From Candidatus Minusculum obligatum (lineage in GTDB: Bacteria > Patescibacteriota > Minisyncoccia > Phycocordibacterales > Phycocordibacteraceae), in NCBI GenBank assembly GCA_045401155.1, contig CP174360.1, positions 233,403 through 297,402 on the forward strand: DNA of 64,000 nt, read 5' to 3'. Position numbers and translations under genes: made by a program. Position 1 is the first letter of the stretch; each line of letters starts with the position of its first letter. Shown here piece after piece: positions 56,421 to 64,000 of the stretch. The notes beneath the pieces are model-generated. The model saw only the letters and a list, made by a program, of their open reading frames with translations. It did not search any database and was not told the DNA's origin.

Positions 56421-59400
56421 TCAAAGAGACTGGAGCTTATCAATGATGATACTTGTTTCTCCATTTCGTCCCGAGAGACTTCCTTTAAGCACAACGCAAG
56501 AAGAAGGGTAGATTATTTCTGCAGATTGTTCGTATACCTTAGGGAATACTACGCACTCAATAGAGCCAGATTTGTCTTGGATTTTTACAAAGGCCATTCG
56601 ATCTCCTTTCTTTGTTAAAAATGGCTTTGCTTCTTCAATCATTCCTGCAATCACGATCGGTAACCCGCTCTTTGGTCCATGTAGGATGTGGTGAATATTT
56701 CTTTTTACCGTTTTTAGTTTCTCTTCAAATTCATCCAGTGGGTGTCCAGATACATAAATTCCAAGCAATTCTTTTTCCCATACAAGTTTTTCTTTAAGTG
56801 GCGCATCTTCTGCAGGAGCAAGATCAAGTCTGTGCGTTGGCATAAGTTCTCCAAAGAGAGAGTCTTGGGATCCTTTCTCATGGCCCGCTTCTTTATGGAA
56901 GGTGATGAGTTGGTCAATATTCTTTAGAAACTCTCCTCGAGTTCCAAGGGAATCAAGCGCTCCAGATTTGATAAGTGACTCCAGTCCTTTACGGTTCAGT
57001 GCACTACTTGTTACGCGAGAGAGGAAGTCTGCAATATTTGTAAACTTTCCGTTTTCTTCACGTTCCTTGATGATTGCTTCTGCCACTCCTGCTCCAAAGT
57101 TTTTAATAGACACAAGTCCAAAGCGGATCTTTGTATTGTTCTCCACGATGGTGAAATCACTATTACTTTCATTGATGTCAGGAGGAAGTACGGGGATTCC
57201 CATGCGCTCACATTCTGCAATAAGTATTGAAATCTTTTCAGTGTCTCCCGCATCAGCAGTTAGAAGGGCTGCCATATACGGCACAGGGTAATTAGCCTTC
57301 ATGTAGGCTGTTTGGTACGCCACACGTCCATAACTTGCGGCGTGTGCTTTGTTGAATCCGTATCCGGCAAATGGGGCAATAAGGTCCCAGATTTGATTTG
57401 CTTTTGCGAGGTCTGTGCCATTATCGACGCATCCTTGAAGGAATTTCTCTTTCTGCTTTTCCATCTCCTCTGGAATTTTCTTACCCATAGCTTTTCGGAG
57501 CTTGTCAGCTTCAAGCCATGAGTATCCTGCGATATTAATCGCAATGAGGAGCACGTCATCCTGATAGGTGATCACACCGTGAGATGCTTCGAGAATATCT
57601 TTCATTTTCTCATGCATATAACTCACTTTCTTTGGATTGTGTTTTCGCTCAATATATTCAGGAATAGAGTCCATCGGTCCAGGACGATACAGCGCCACCA
57701 TCGCGTTGATGTCATTAATGTTTGTGGGCTTTAGTTCCTTGAGGAATCTAGTCATTCCAGAACCATTAAGCTGAAAGAGTCCTTCTGTTTGTCCTGAGGC
57801 AAGGAGCTTAAAGGTGATTGGGTCATCTACCGGAACATTTTCAATATCAATTTCATCTCCTGTTTCTTCTTTAGCGCGCGCCACGGCATCAGCCAAAATC
57901 GCAAGGTTTTTAATACCAAGGAAGTCAAACTTAATAAGGCCCGCATCTTCTACGGCATGCATGTCGTACTGCGTGATAAGTTTTCCTCCCTTCGGGTCGT
58001 GCTGGATTGGTGTCCATTCATGAAGTGGAGAAGGGGAGATCACCACCCCGGCGGCGTGCACTCCAGTTTGCCTAGCGCATCCTTCAACTTTCTTAGCAAG
58101 ATCAATGATTTCCTTTGCATCTTCATCCCCTTTATAGAGTTTTTTAAGATCAGGCTCAATTTGAAGTGCTCGTTCGATTGTCATGGGGAATCCCTGGCTT
58201 CCCATAGGAATAAGTTTTGCAATCTTATCTCCAACCATGTAGGCGTGTCCGAGTGCTCGAGCAGTATCTCTGACCGCGGCACGGGCTGCCATGGTTCCAA
58301 ATGTACCAATCTGCGCTACGTGGTCTTCACCATACTTTTCTCGAGCATAGTTAATAACCTCATCACGACGGTTATCAGCAAAGTCCATATCGATATCAGG
58401 AGCAGAAGGTCGCTCAGGGTTTAGGAATCGTTCAAAAGGTAGTCGGTATTCAAGTGGATCCACATTTGTAATACCAAGCACATAGGTTGTAAGAGACCCA
58501 GCAACAGATCCTCGAATGGTTGTAAGGATTTTATTTTCTCTAGCAAAACGAAGGAGGTCCGCCACAATAAGGAAATATGGAGCAAATTTCTTTTGCTCAA
58601 TAATATCTAGTTCGTAGTTTAGACGATCTACGACCTCTTTAGTTTCTTCAAGGCCCCGATTTTTAATACCCTCAAAGGCAAGTCGCCTAAGCTCATCTTG
58701 GTACTCTAGGCCGCTTGGTACCTCAATGTCAGGGAACACCCATTTCCCAAGATCAAATGAAAGATCTATTTTATCTGCAATCTTTTTAGAGTTTTCAATT
58801 GCTTCTGGAAGATCCTTAAATGCTTTTTCAATATCTTTTGGCTTTTTAAATGAAAGGTCTAGGTTTCCAGCAGCTTTTGCATGTCGTCCTTCGCGGATAC
58901 GCATCAGCACTTCTCGCGCTTCTTTATCTTCAGGTTTGATGTAGTACACCTCTTGGTTCGCAACAAGGGGTACATTTTCTTTTTCTGAAAGAGTTACGAT
59001 CTTTTCATTTAACGCTTTACGATCTTTATTTTCTGGGTGATCAGTGATTTCAAGATATAGATCGTCTTTGTATATATCTTTATAGGTAGCAAGGAGTGCT
59101 GAGGCACCCTCGATGTCATTTTGAAGGAGTAGGTTAGAAGTTTCGCTTTGGTACGCTGGAAGAATCGCAATTACTCCTTCGCTGTGGTTGGTAAGAAGTT
59201 CTAGATCTACACGTGGCCGCTCCCAAAAGCCAGTAAGGTATGAGTCTGAGACAATTGCAAGAAGGTTTTTATATCCTTTTTCATTCTTTGCAAGAAGGAT
59301 AATTCGAGCCAGATCATGCTCTCTGTCATGCGGGTCAGTTCTATTACCTGGAGCAACGTATGTGTGTACACCAAGAATGGGTTTAATTTCTTGTTTCTCA

Positions 59401-59564
59401 CACTCTTTATAAAAGGCGATAGCGCCGTGTAAGTTTCCGGCATCAGTAAGTGCGATTGCGGGCAATTCGTGCTTTTTTGCCTCTGCTACAAGCTCTTTTA
59501 TCTTTGGGAGTGCCCGAAGGAAGCTGTAGTGGCTGTGAGTGTTTATTTGCACATAATTGCTCAT
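56421..59564 (-). CDS. dnaE: DNA polymerase III alpha subunit
   Basis: PHP HSHYS, RGSVAGSL, FERFLNPERPSAPDIDMDF, HAAGVVI, KFDFLG, YGFNKAHAA, OB fold. Confidence 0.97.
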   Translation of the reverse strand: MSNYVQINTHSHYSFLRALPKIKELVAEAKKHELPAIALTDAGNLHGAIAFYKECEKQEIKPILGVHTYVAPGNRTDPHDREHDLARIILLAKNEKGYKNLLAIVSDSYLTGFWERPRVDLELLTNHSEGVIAILPAYQSETSNLLLQNDIEGASALLATYKDIYKDDLYLEITDHPENKDRKALNEKIVTLSEKENVPLVANQEVYYIKPEDKEAREVLMRIREGRHAKAAGNLDLSFKKPKDIEKAFKDLPEAIENSKKIADKIDLSFDLGKWVFPDIEVPSGLEYQDELRRLAFEGIKNRGLEETKEVVDRLNYELDIIEQKKFAPYFLIVADLLRFARENKILTTIRGSVAGSLTTYVLGITNVDPLEYRLPFERFLNPERPSAPDIDMDFADNRRDEVINYAREKYGEDHVAQIGTFGTMAARAAVRDTARALGHAYMVGDKIAKLIPMGSQGFPMTIERALQIEPDLKKLYKGDEDAKEIIDLAKKVEGCARQTGVHAAGVVISPSPLHEWTPIQHDPKGGKLITQYDMHAVEDAGLIKFDFLGIKNLAILADAVARAKEETGDEIDIENVPVDDPITFKLLASGQTEGLFQLNGSGMTRFLKELKPTNINDINAMVALYRPGPMDSIPEYIERKHNPKKVSYMHEKMKDILEASHGVITYQDDVLLIAINIAGYSWLEADKLRKAMGKKIPEEMEKQKEKFLQGCVDNGTDLAKANQIWDLIAPFAGYGFNKAHAASYGRVAYQTAYMKANYPVPYMAALLTADAGDTEKISILIAECERMGIPVLPPDINESNSDFTIVENNTKIRFGLVSIKNFGAGVAEAIIKEREENGKFTNIADFLSRVTSSALNRKGLESLIKSGALDSLGTRGEFLKNIDQLITFHKEAGHEKGSQDSLFGELMPTHRLDLAPAEDAPLKEKLVWEKELLGIYVSGHPLDEFEEKLKTVKRNIHHILHGPKSGLPIVIAGMIEEAKPFLTKKGDRMAFVKIQDKSGSIECVVFPKVYEQSAEIIYPSSCVVLKGSLSGRNGETSIIIDKLQSL

Positions 59565-59607
59565 ATTGGAGCTAGTATACCAAATCAAGATGGTATAGTT
59601 ATTTTAT

Positions 59608-60117
59608 ATGAAACGAGGATTTACCCTGATTGAGCTTCTTGTAGTGGTTGCCATTATTGGAATGCTTTCATCTGTGGTGTTGTCATCTCTAAACCAGGCT
59701 CGTTCTGGTGCTCGAGATGCACGCCGCGCGCAAGATATTAAGCAGTTCCAGGCTGCGCTAGAGCTTTACTATAATGACAATAATTCTTATCCAGTATCTG
59801 GATGGGCACACAGTAGCGGAGGTACAAACTGGACAAATCTACAAACGGCTTTGTCTTCATACATCACATCTCTTCCAACAGATCCGATTAATACAGCAGG
59901 TGGTGCAGGGTATAATAACGATCAATATGTGTATTCATACTATGCATCAGGGTATGGAGGATCGGGACAGTGGTACATGATTATCTGGGAGCTTGAGAAC
60001 TCAAATCAGGCATTTGAGGGTACCGATGGAGTAACTGCATGTAATGGACAAGTATTCCATTATGGTAGTGGAACAGATGGTCGTGTTAGCACCGGTGGAA
60101 CCTGTGCAGGTCAGTAA
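59608..60117 (+). CDS. Type IV pilin / GspG-like prepilin (paralogue 4)
   Basis: KRG|FTLIELLVVVAIIGMLSS; LPTDPIN. Confidence 0.9.
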   Translation: MKRGFTLIELLVVVAIIGMLSSVVLSSLNQARSGARDARRAQDIKQFQAALELYYNDNNSYPVSGWAHSSGGTNWTNLQTALSSYITSLPTDPINTAGGAGYNNDQYVYSYYASGYGGSGQWYMIIWELENSNQAFEGTDGVTACNGQVFHYGSGTDGRVSTGGTCAGQ

Positions 60118-60128
60118 TGTAAATAATT

Positions 60129-60368
60129 ATGGATAACAACGTTCAATTTCAAGATCAACAAAATCAATACACAGTCTCTAAGAAAAAGGGGCTGACACAA
60201 ATGGTGATTAATATGGGGCTTGCAAAAGATGCAAAAGGGGCACAAATGGTGCTTCTCGTGGTTGCGGTTGTTGCAGTTCTTATCGCTGGATTCTTTATGT
60301 TCACTGGAAATTCTGTCGGAGACGGGCAGCCAAATGTGCTTCCTGAAGGACAGTTTATTCCAGAATAA
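60129..60368 (+). CDS. Small single-TM protein, pilin-linked (copy B)
   Basis: KKKGLTQMVINMGLAKDAKGAQ followed by a TM; TAATG overlap with the next pilin. Confidence 0.75.
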   Translation: MDNNVQFQDQQNQYTVSKKKGLTQMVINMGLAKDAKGAQMVLLVVAVVAVLIAGFFMFTGNSVGDGQPNVLPEGQFIPE

Positions 60369-60823
60369 TGAAGAAAGGGTTTACATTGATTGAGCTTCTT
60401 GTAGTGGTTGCCATTATCGGCATGCTGTCTTCAGTGGTATTAAGTTCTCTTAATACAGCGCGAGCTGGTGCTCGAGATGCAAGGCGTCAGCAAGACATAA
60501 AGCAGATTCAGACGGCTCTTGAGCTTTACTACAATGTAAACAATGCATACCCGCTTGAGGTTGGGTGTGACACAAGTAAAGGGAGCGGTTCAAGTGGCTG
60601 CAATAGTTCAGGAACGGATTGGGATGAAAGTAGCTATATTCATAGCGGTCTTGTGCCGGGCTTCATTGCTGATCTTCCTGTTGACCCCATAAACGACAGC
60701 ACCTATTACTACAACTATGAGCCGGGAAATCCCGCAGGGCAAAACTATTGCATCGGTGCAACTCTTGAGGGGGGAGGACGTTTCCGTGTATATGATGGAA
60801 CTCCATCGTATACTAACTGTTAA
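60368..60823 (+). CDS. Type IV pilin / GspG-like prepilin (paralogue 5)
   Basis: KKG|FTLIELLVVVAIIGMLSS; LPVDPIN. Confidence 0.9.
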   Translation: MKKGFTLIELLVVVAIIGMLSSVVLSSLNTARAGARDARRQQDIKQIQTALELYYNVNNAYPLEVGCDTSKGSGSSGCNSSGTDWDESSYIHSGLVPGFIADLPVDPINDSTYYYNYEPGNPAGQNYCIGATLEGGGRFRVYDGTPSYTNC

Positions 60824-61389
60824 TGTACGTTGCGGGTGTAGATGAAGTAGGAAGGGGGCCACTTGCTGGTCCTGTTTCTATAGGGGTTGCGTGGTGTAAG
60901 GAGGATGTGGATCTGATGAAGCTTTTTCCGTTTTTAAATGATTCAAAAAAGGTTACAGAAAAGAGAAGGGAGGAAATATATGAAGCGGTAAAGAAATGTG
61001 ATGACATTTCATTTGTGGTGGTGAGCTCATCAAATAAAGTGATAGATGAAAAGGGAATTAGTTTTGCAATTGAAGATGCAATAGAAAGAGGGTGTAAGGA
61101 TCTACCAGAAGATGTGTTTGTGTATCTAGACGGAAGGCTTTCTGCTCCAGAGAAATTTAAACAAAAAAGTGTAATAGGAGGAGATGGAAGTGTTCCAATT
61201 ATTTCTCTTGCTTCTATCGTCGCAAAAGTAGAGCGAGATAAGTATATGGAGAAAATAGGAGAAGATTACCCAGAGTATGGACTGGGGAAGCATAAGGGGT
61301 ATGGAACAAAGGTGCATAGGGAGGCGATTGTTGAGTTTGGGCTATCTGAAATACATAGGGAGAGTTTTTGTAAGAATTTGACCAAATAA
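60823..61389 (+). CDS. rnhB: Ribonuclease HII
   Basis: AGVDEVGRGPLAGPV, LNDSKK, ASIVAKVERD, HKGYGT. Confidence 0.95.
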   Translation: MYVAGVDEVGRGPLAGPVSIGVAWCKEDVDLMKLFPFLNDSKKVTEKRREEIYEAVKKCDDISFVVVSSSNKVIDEKGISFAIEDAIERGCKDLPEDVFVYLDGRLSAPEKFKQKSVIGGDGSVPIISLASIVAKVERDKYMEKIGEDYPEYGLGKHKGYGTKVHREAIVEFGLSEIHRESFCKNLTK

Positions 61390-61429
61390 ATTTTTCATTG
61401 TACTTTTTTCTTAGAAAGAGAGGTGAGCT

Positions 61430-61624
61430 ATGGAATTTCCACTTATTATATGGCTCTTTGGTGGAGCAATTTTTGTCGGACTGTTTGGGGTTATAGCGGT
61501 CAGCATTCGAGAGTTTGCAGATCGACCGTCTATGCCGCCTGTTCGATTCTGGGGCCTTACTTTGGCGTCCATCGCATTCGTGCTTTTGGGAGCTTTTGGT
61601 CTCTATCTTGAACTTTCTCACTAG
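61430..61624 (+). CDS. Small 2-TM hypothetical protein
   Basis: GAGGTG SD; two hydrophobic helices. Confidence 0.55.
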   Translation: MEFPLIIWLFGGAIFVGLFGVIAVSIREFADRPSMPPVRFWGLTLASIAFVLLGAFGLYLELSH

Positions 61625-61635
61625 AGGAGGAGAAC

Positions 61636-61824
61636 ATGGACATTTTTTGGTTTGGTTTCGGCATGTTGATATTTGGCATCATTGTTGGCGGAATCGTTCC
61701 TGAGTATGTGAAAGATGAAGTGGTGCCGAGAGTATTTTTCTATATAATCGGTGTCGTGTTCATCATTGTTGGGGCGCTCATGGCCATCTCAGGCGCCGTT
61801 CAAGATATACCCGCTGCTATGTAG
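61636..61824 (+). CDS. Small 2-TM hypothetical protein
   Basis: AGGAGG SD; two hydrophobic helices. Confidence 0.55.
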   Translation: MDIFWFGFGMLIFGIIVGGIVPEYVKDEVVPRVFFYIIGVVFIIVGALMAISGAVQDIPAAM

Positions 61825-61874
61825 CGGGTATTCTCTTGCCTTTTTTCTTGTATTTAGTATAGTGTTGGCCACAT

Positions 61875-62234
61875 ATGAGTTCACGAATGCGAATCACAAA
61901 AGGAAAGACGGGAAGCCGTCGATCTCACCACGGGCTTTCTGCACCGCGGCTTTCGCATGACAAGGAAACAGATTCTACACACAAGCGACATCATGTAGAT
62001 CTTGAGACAGGAATGTATCGAGGAAAGAAGATTTTTGAACCTAAAGTAAAAGTAGCTGCACCAGTAGCAGAAGAAAAAGAGGAGAAAGAAAATGTAGTTG
62101 AGGAAGTGGTAGAAGAAGTAAAGGAGACTGCAGAGGAAGTGAAGGAAAAAGTAGAGGAGATCGGAGAGGAAATCAAAGAAGAGATCGAAGAGGTGGTAGA
62201 GGCAGTCACTGAAGAGAAAAAAGAAGAGAAGTAA
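61875..62234 (+). CDS. rpmF: 50S ribosomal protein L32 with long acidic C-terminal extension
   Basis: RRSHHGL...HKRHHVDLETGMYRG, then a Glu/Val/Lys-rich tail; in rpmF-nusB-rnc-smc context. Confidence 0.85.
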   Translation: MSSRMRITKGKTGSRRSHHGLSAPRLSHDKETDSTHKRHHVDLETGMYRGKKIFEPKVKVAAPVAEEKEEKENVVEEVVEEVKETAEEVKEKVEEIGEEIKEEIEEVVEAVTEEKKEEK

Positions 62235-62297
62235 TCAACAACATCCCGCAGTACATGCGGGATTTTGTGTGGTACTTTTTATGTATACGTTCTTTGT

Positions 62298-63185
62298 ATG
62301 GCAAACCGACACCTTGCACGAAGTATAGTGTTACAGACACTCTTTGAGTGGGACTCTGCTGAAGCAGGGAAGATTGATGTTGCCGATGCATTGACTCGAA
62401 ATATAGAAGAGTTTGCTCCAGACTCTAAAGATCACGCCTTTATGGAAGGGCTTCTAGATGGTGTGCTTGCAAAGCAAAAGGACATTGATCTTATTATTGA
62501 AAAAGCTGCACCGGATTGGCCGCTTGAGAAAATTTCTACGGTAGATAGAAATATTTTACGTATTGGATTGTTTGAGCTGTTGTTTGCAGATCGAGAGCAG
62601 GTTCCTGCAAAAGTGGCAATTAACGAAGCAATTGAGCTTGCTAAAACATTTGGAGGAGAGAGTAGTGGACGTTTTGTAAATGGAGTATTGGGAGCGGTAT
62701 ATAAAGAGATTGGAGAGCCAGGGAAAAATGATACTGGAAAGAAGAATAAAAAAGATATTCCAGTAGAGAAATATGGTGGAGCAGTAGTCTATGCCATTGA
62801 TGATGGGCAGACGTACCTTGCGCTTGTGCATGATATCTTCGGGCACTGGACGTTATCTAAAGGGCATATTGAAGAAGATCCTTCTGTTGAAGCTGGCATT
62901 AAGCGCGTAATTAAAGATGAGCTTGATCTTGATGTCGAGGTAGAGGAAAAGGTTGGAGAAAATGATTATGTTGCAAGTCATCCTGAAAAAGGAAAGATAA
63001 AAAAGGTTGGAATTTATCATTTGGCACGGGCTGATTTTGCTCCACTGACACTAAAAAAATCAGGAGGACTAGATGACGCAAAGTGGTTTAAATTGCAAGA
63101 CATACTTGAGCTCAATTTCTATCGTGATATGCTCCCTGTAGTTACCGAGGCGGTACAGACTCTGGCAGCTAAGAAAGATTCATGA
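62298..63185 (+). CDS. nusB: NusB fused to a NUDIX-like domain
   Basis: RHLARSIVLQTLFE, VDRNILRIG, VAINEAIELAK, FVNGVLG; C-terminal WTLSKGHIEE. Confidence 0.9.
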   Translation: MANRHLARSIVLQTLFEWDSAEAGKIDVADALTRNIEEFAPDSKDHAFMEGLLDGVLAKQKDIDLIIEKAAPDWPLEKISTVDRNILRIGLFELLFADREQVPAKVAINEAIELAKTFGGESSGRFVNGVLGAVYKEIGEPGKNDTGKKNKKDIPVEKYGGAVVYAIDDGQTYLALVHDIFGHWTLSKGHIEEDPSVEAGIKRVIKDELDLDVEVEEKVGENDYVASHPEKGKIKKVGIYHLARADFAPLTLKKSGGLDDAKWFKLQDILELNFYRDMLPVVTEAVQTLAAKKDS

Positions 63186-63871
63186 GTACAATCAAAGATT
63201 TTGAAGAAGTAATTGGCGTTTCTTTTTCCAATGCGTCACTTATTGAACAGGCCTTAACACACAGGTCGTTTTTAAATGAAAATAAAGGAGATGTACTAGG
63301 GCACAATGAGCGTCTTGAGTTTTTGGGAGATGCGGTGCTTGAGCTTGCGACTACAGATCGTTTGTATAGAGAGTATCCAAATGCACCAGAAGGTGAGCTT
63401 ACGGCATATCGGGCAGCACTCGTTAACACACAGTCTCTAGCAGATATTGCAGAGAAGCTTGGGGTAAATGATTTTATGCGCCTTTCAAAGGGTGAGGCAA
63501 AGGACACAGGGCGCGCTCGTCAGTTTATTCTTGCAAATTCAGTTGAGGCAATCATTGGAGCAATTTATTTAGATAAGGGGTATGAAGCTGCAGAGAAGTT
63601 TATTGCAGATAATTTTTATCCAAAGCTTGATGAGATTATCAGCAAGCGACTATGGCAGGACTCAAAGAGTGCCTTTCAGGAGAAGGCTCAGGAAAAGGTT
63701 TCTATTACACCTGAGTACAAGGTGGTAAGTGAAGAAGGCCCAGATCACGATAAGACATTTACCATTGCGGTATTTCTTGGAGAAGAGGAAGTTGCAAAGG
63801 GGAGTGGAAGCTCTAAGCAGGAGGCAGAGCAAGAGGCGGCTCGCTCTGGACTTGTGGCAAAGGGTTGGTAA
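63182..63871 (+). CDS. rnc: Ribonuclease III
   Basis: ALTHRS, NERLEFLGDAVL, dsRBD GPDHDKTF...SKQEAEQEAA. Confidence 0.97.
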   Translation: MSTIKDFEEVIGVSFSNASLIEQALTHRSFLNENKGDVLGHNERLEFLGDAVLELATTDRLYREYPNAPEGELTAYRAALVNTQSLADIAEKLGVNDFMRLSKGEAKDTGRARQFILANSVEAIIGAIYLDKGYEAAEKFIADNFYPKLDEIISKRLWQDSKSAFQEKAQEKVSITPEYKVVSEEGPDHDKTFTIAVFLGEEEVAKGSGSSKQEAEQEAARSGLVAKGW

Positions 63872-63891
63872 AAAAGTGATACACTAGGCGC

Positions 63892-64000
63892 ATGCAGCTT
63901 AAGGCGCTCGAGCTTTCTGGATTTAAGTCGTTTGGTAAGAAAACGACGCTTTCTTTTACACGGCCCATTACTGCTATCGTGGGACCAAATGGTAGTGGAA
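63892..64000 (+). CDS. smc: Chromosome segregation protein SMC, 3'-partial
   Basis: [15 protein letters not shown]...[11 protein letters not shown] Walker A; follows rnc. Confidence 0.88.
   Translation, partial: MQLKALELSGFKSFGKKTTLSFTRPITAIVGPNGSG

Noticed and set aside
46029-59564. Inteins or introns in gyrB/dnaE; alternative genetic code 25
   Set aside because: Protein lengths are normal and uninterrupted; TGA terminates many genes at expected positions.
27414-60823. DGR, shufflon or integron driving pilin variation
   Set aside because: No reverse transcriptase, recombinase, template repeat or attC-like sites seen.

Overview
A 64-kb bacterial chromosomal segment using standard code 11 (TGA acts as stop). 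It is strongly + strand biased and most consistent with a Patescibacteria/CPR (Parcubacteria-like) genome. That assignment is inferred from minimal PheRS, a NusB-NUDIX fusion, many GFTLIELLVV pilins, a giant GNVGIGT-repeat protein and a sortase. Contents in order: a glycosyltransferase/flippase/O-antigen-ligase-like cluster; a histone-H1-like gene; secA-obgE-gatB; two membrane-anchored Xis/BldC-type HTH genes, one a 3430-aa fibre-like protein with a putative S74 chaperone, surrounded by clustered CCGAGA motifs; a pentose-phosphate/glycolysis cluster interleaved with pilin genes; translation genes with tRNA-Thr; pheST, gyrB; a sortase and its probable substrate; thrS preceded by a 7-Thr leader-peptide attenuator; dnaE; more pilins; rnhB, rpmF, nusB, rnc and the start of smc. 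The most novel-looking items are the HTH-TM/giant-fibre/repeat-motif module (14.1-25.9 kb), the thrS leader peptide, a sortase substrate with a large cytoplasmic tail, and a candidate ncRNA plus a shared upstream motif at 8.7-8.9 kb and 15.6 kb. All family assignments are by eye from motifs; no searches were run.
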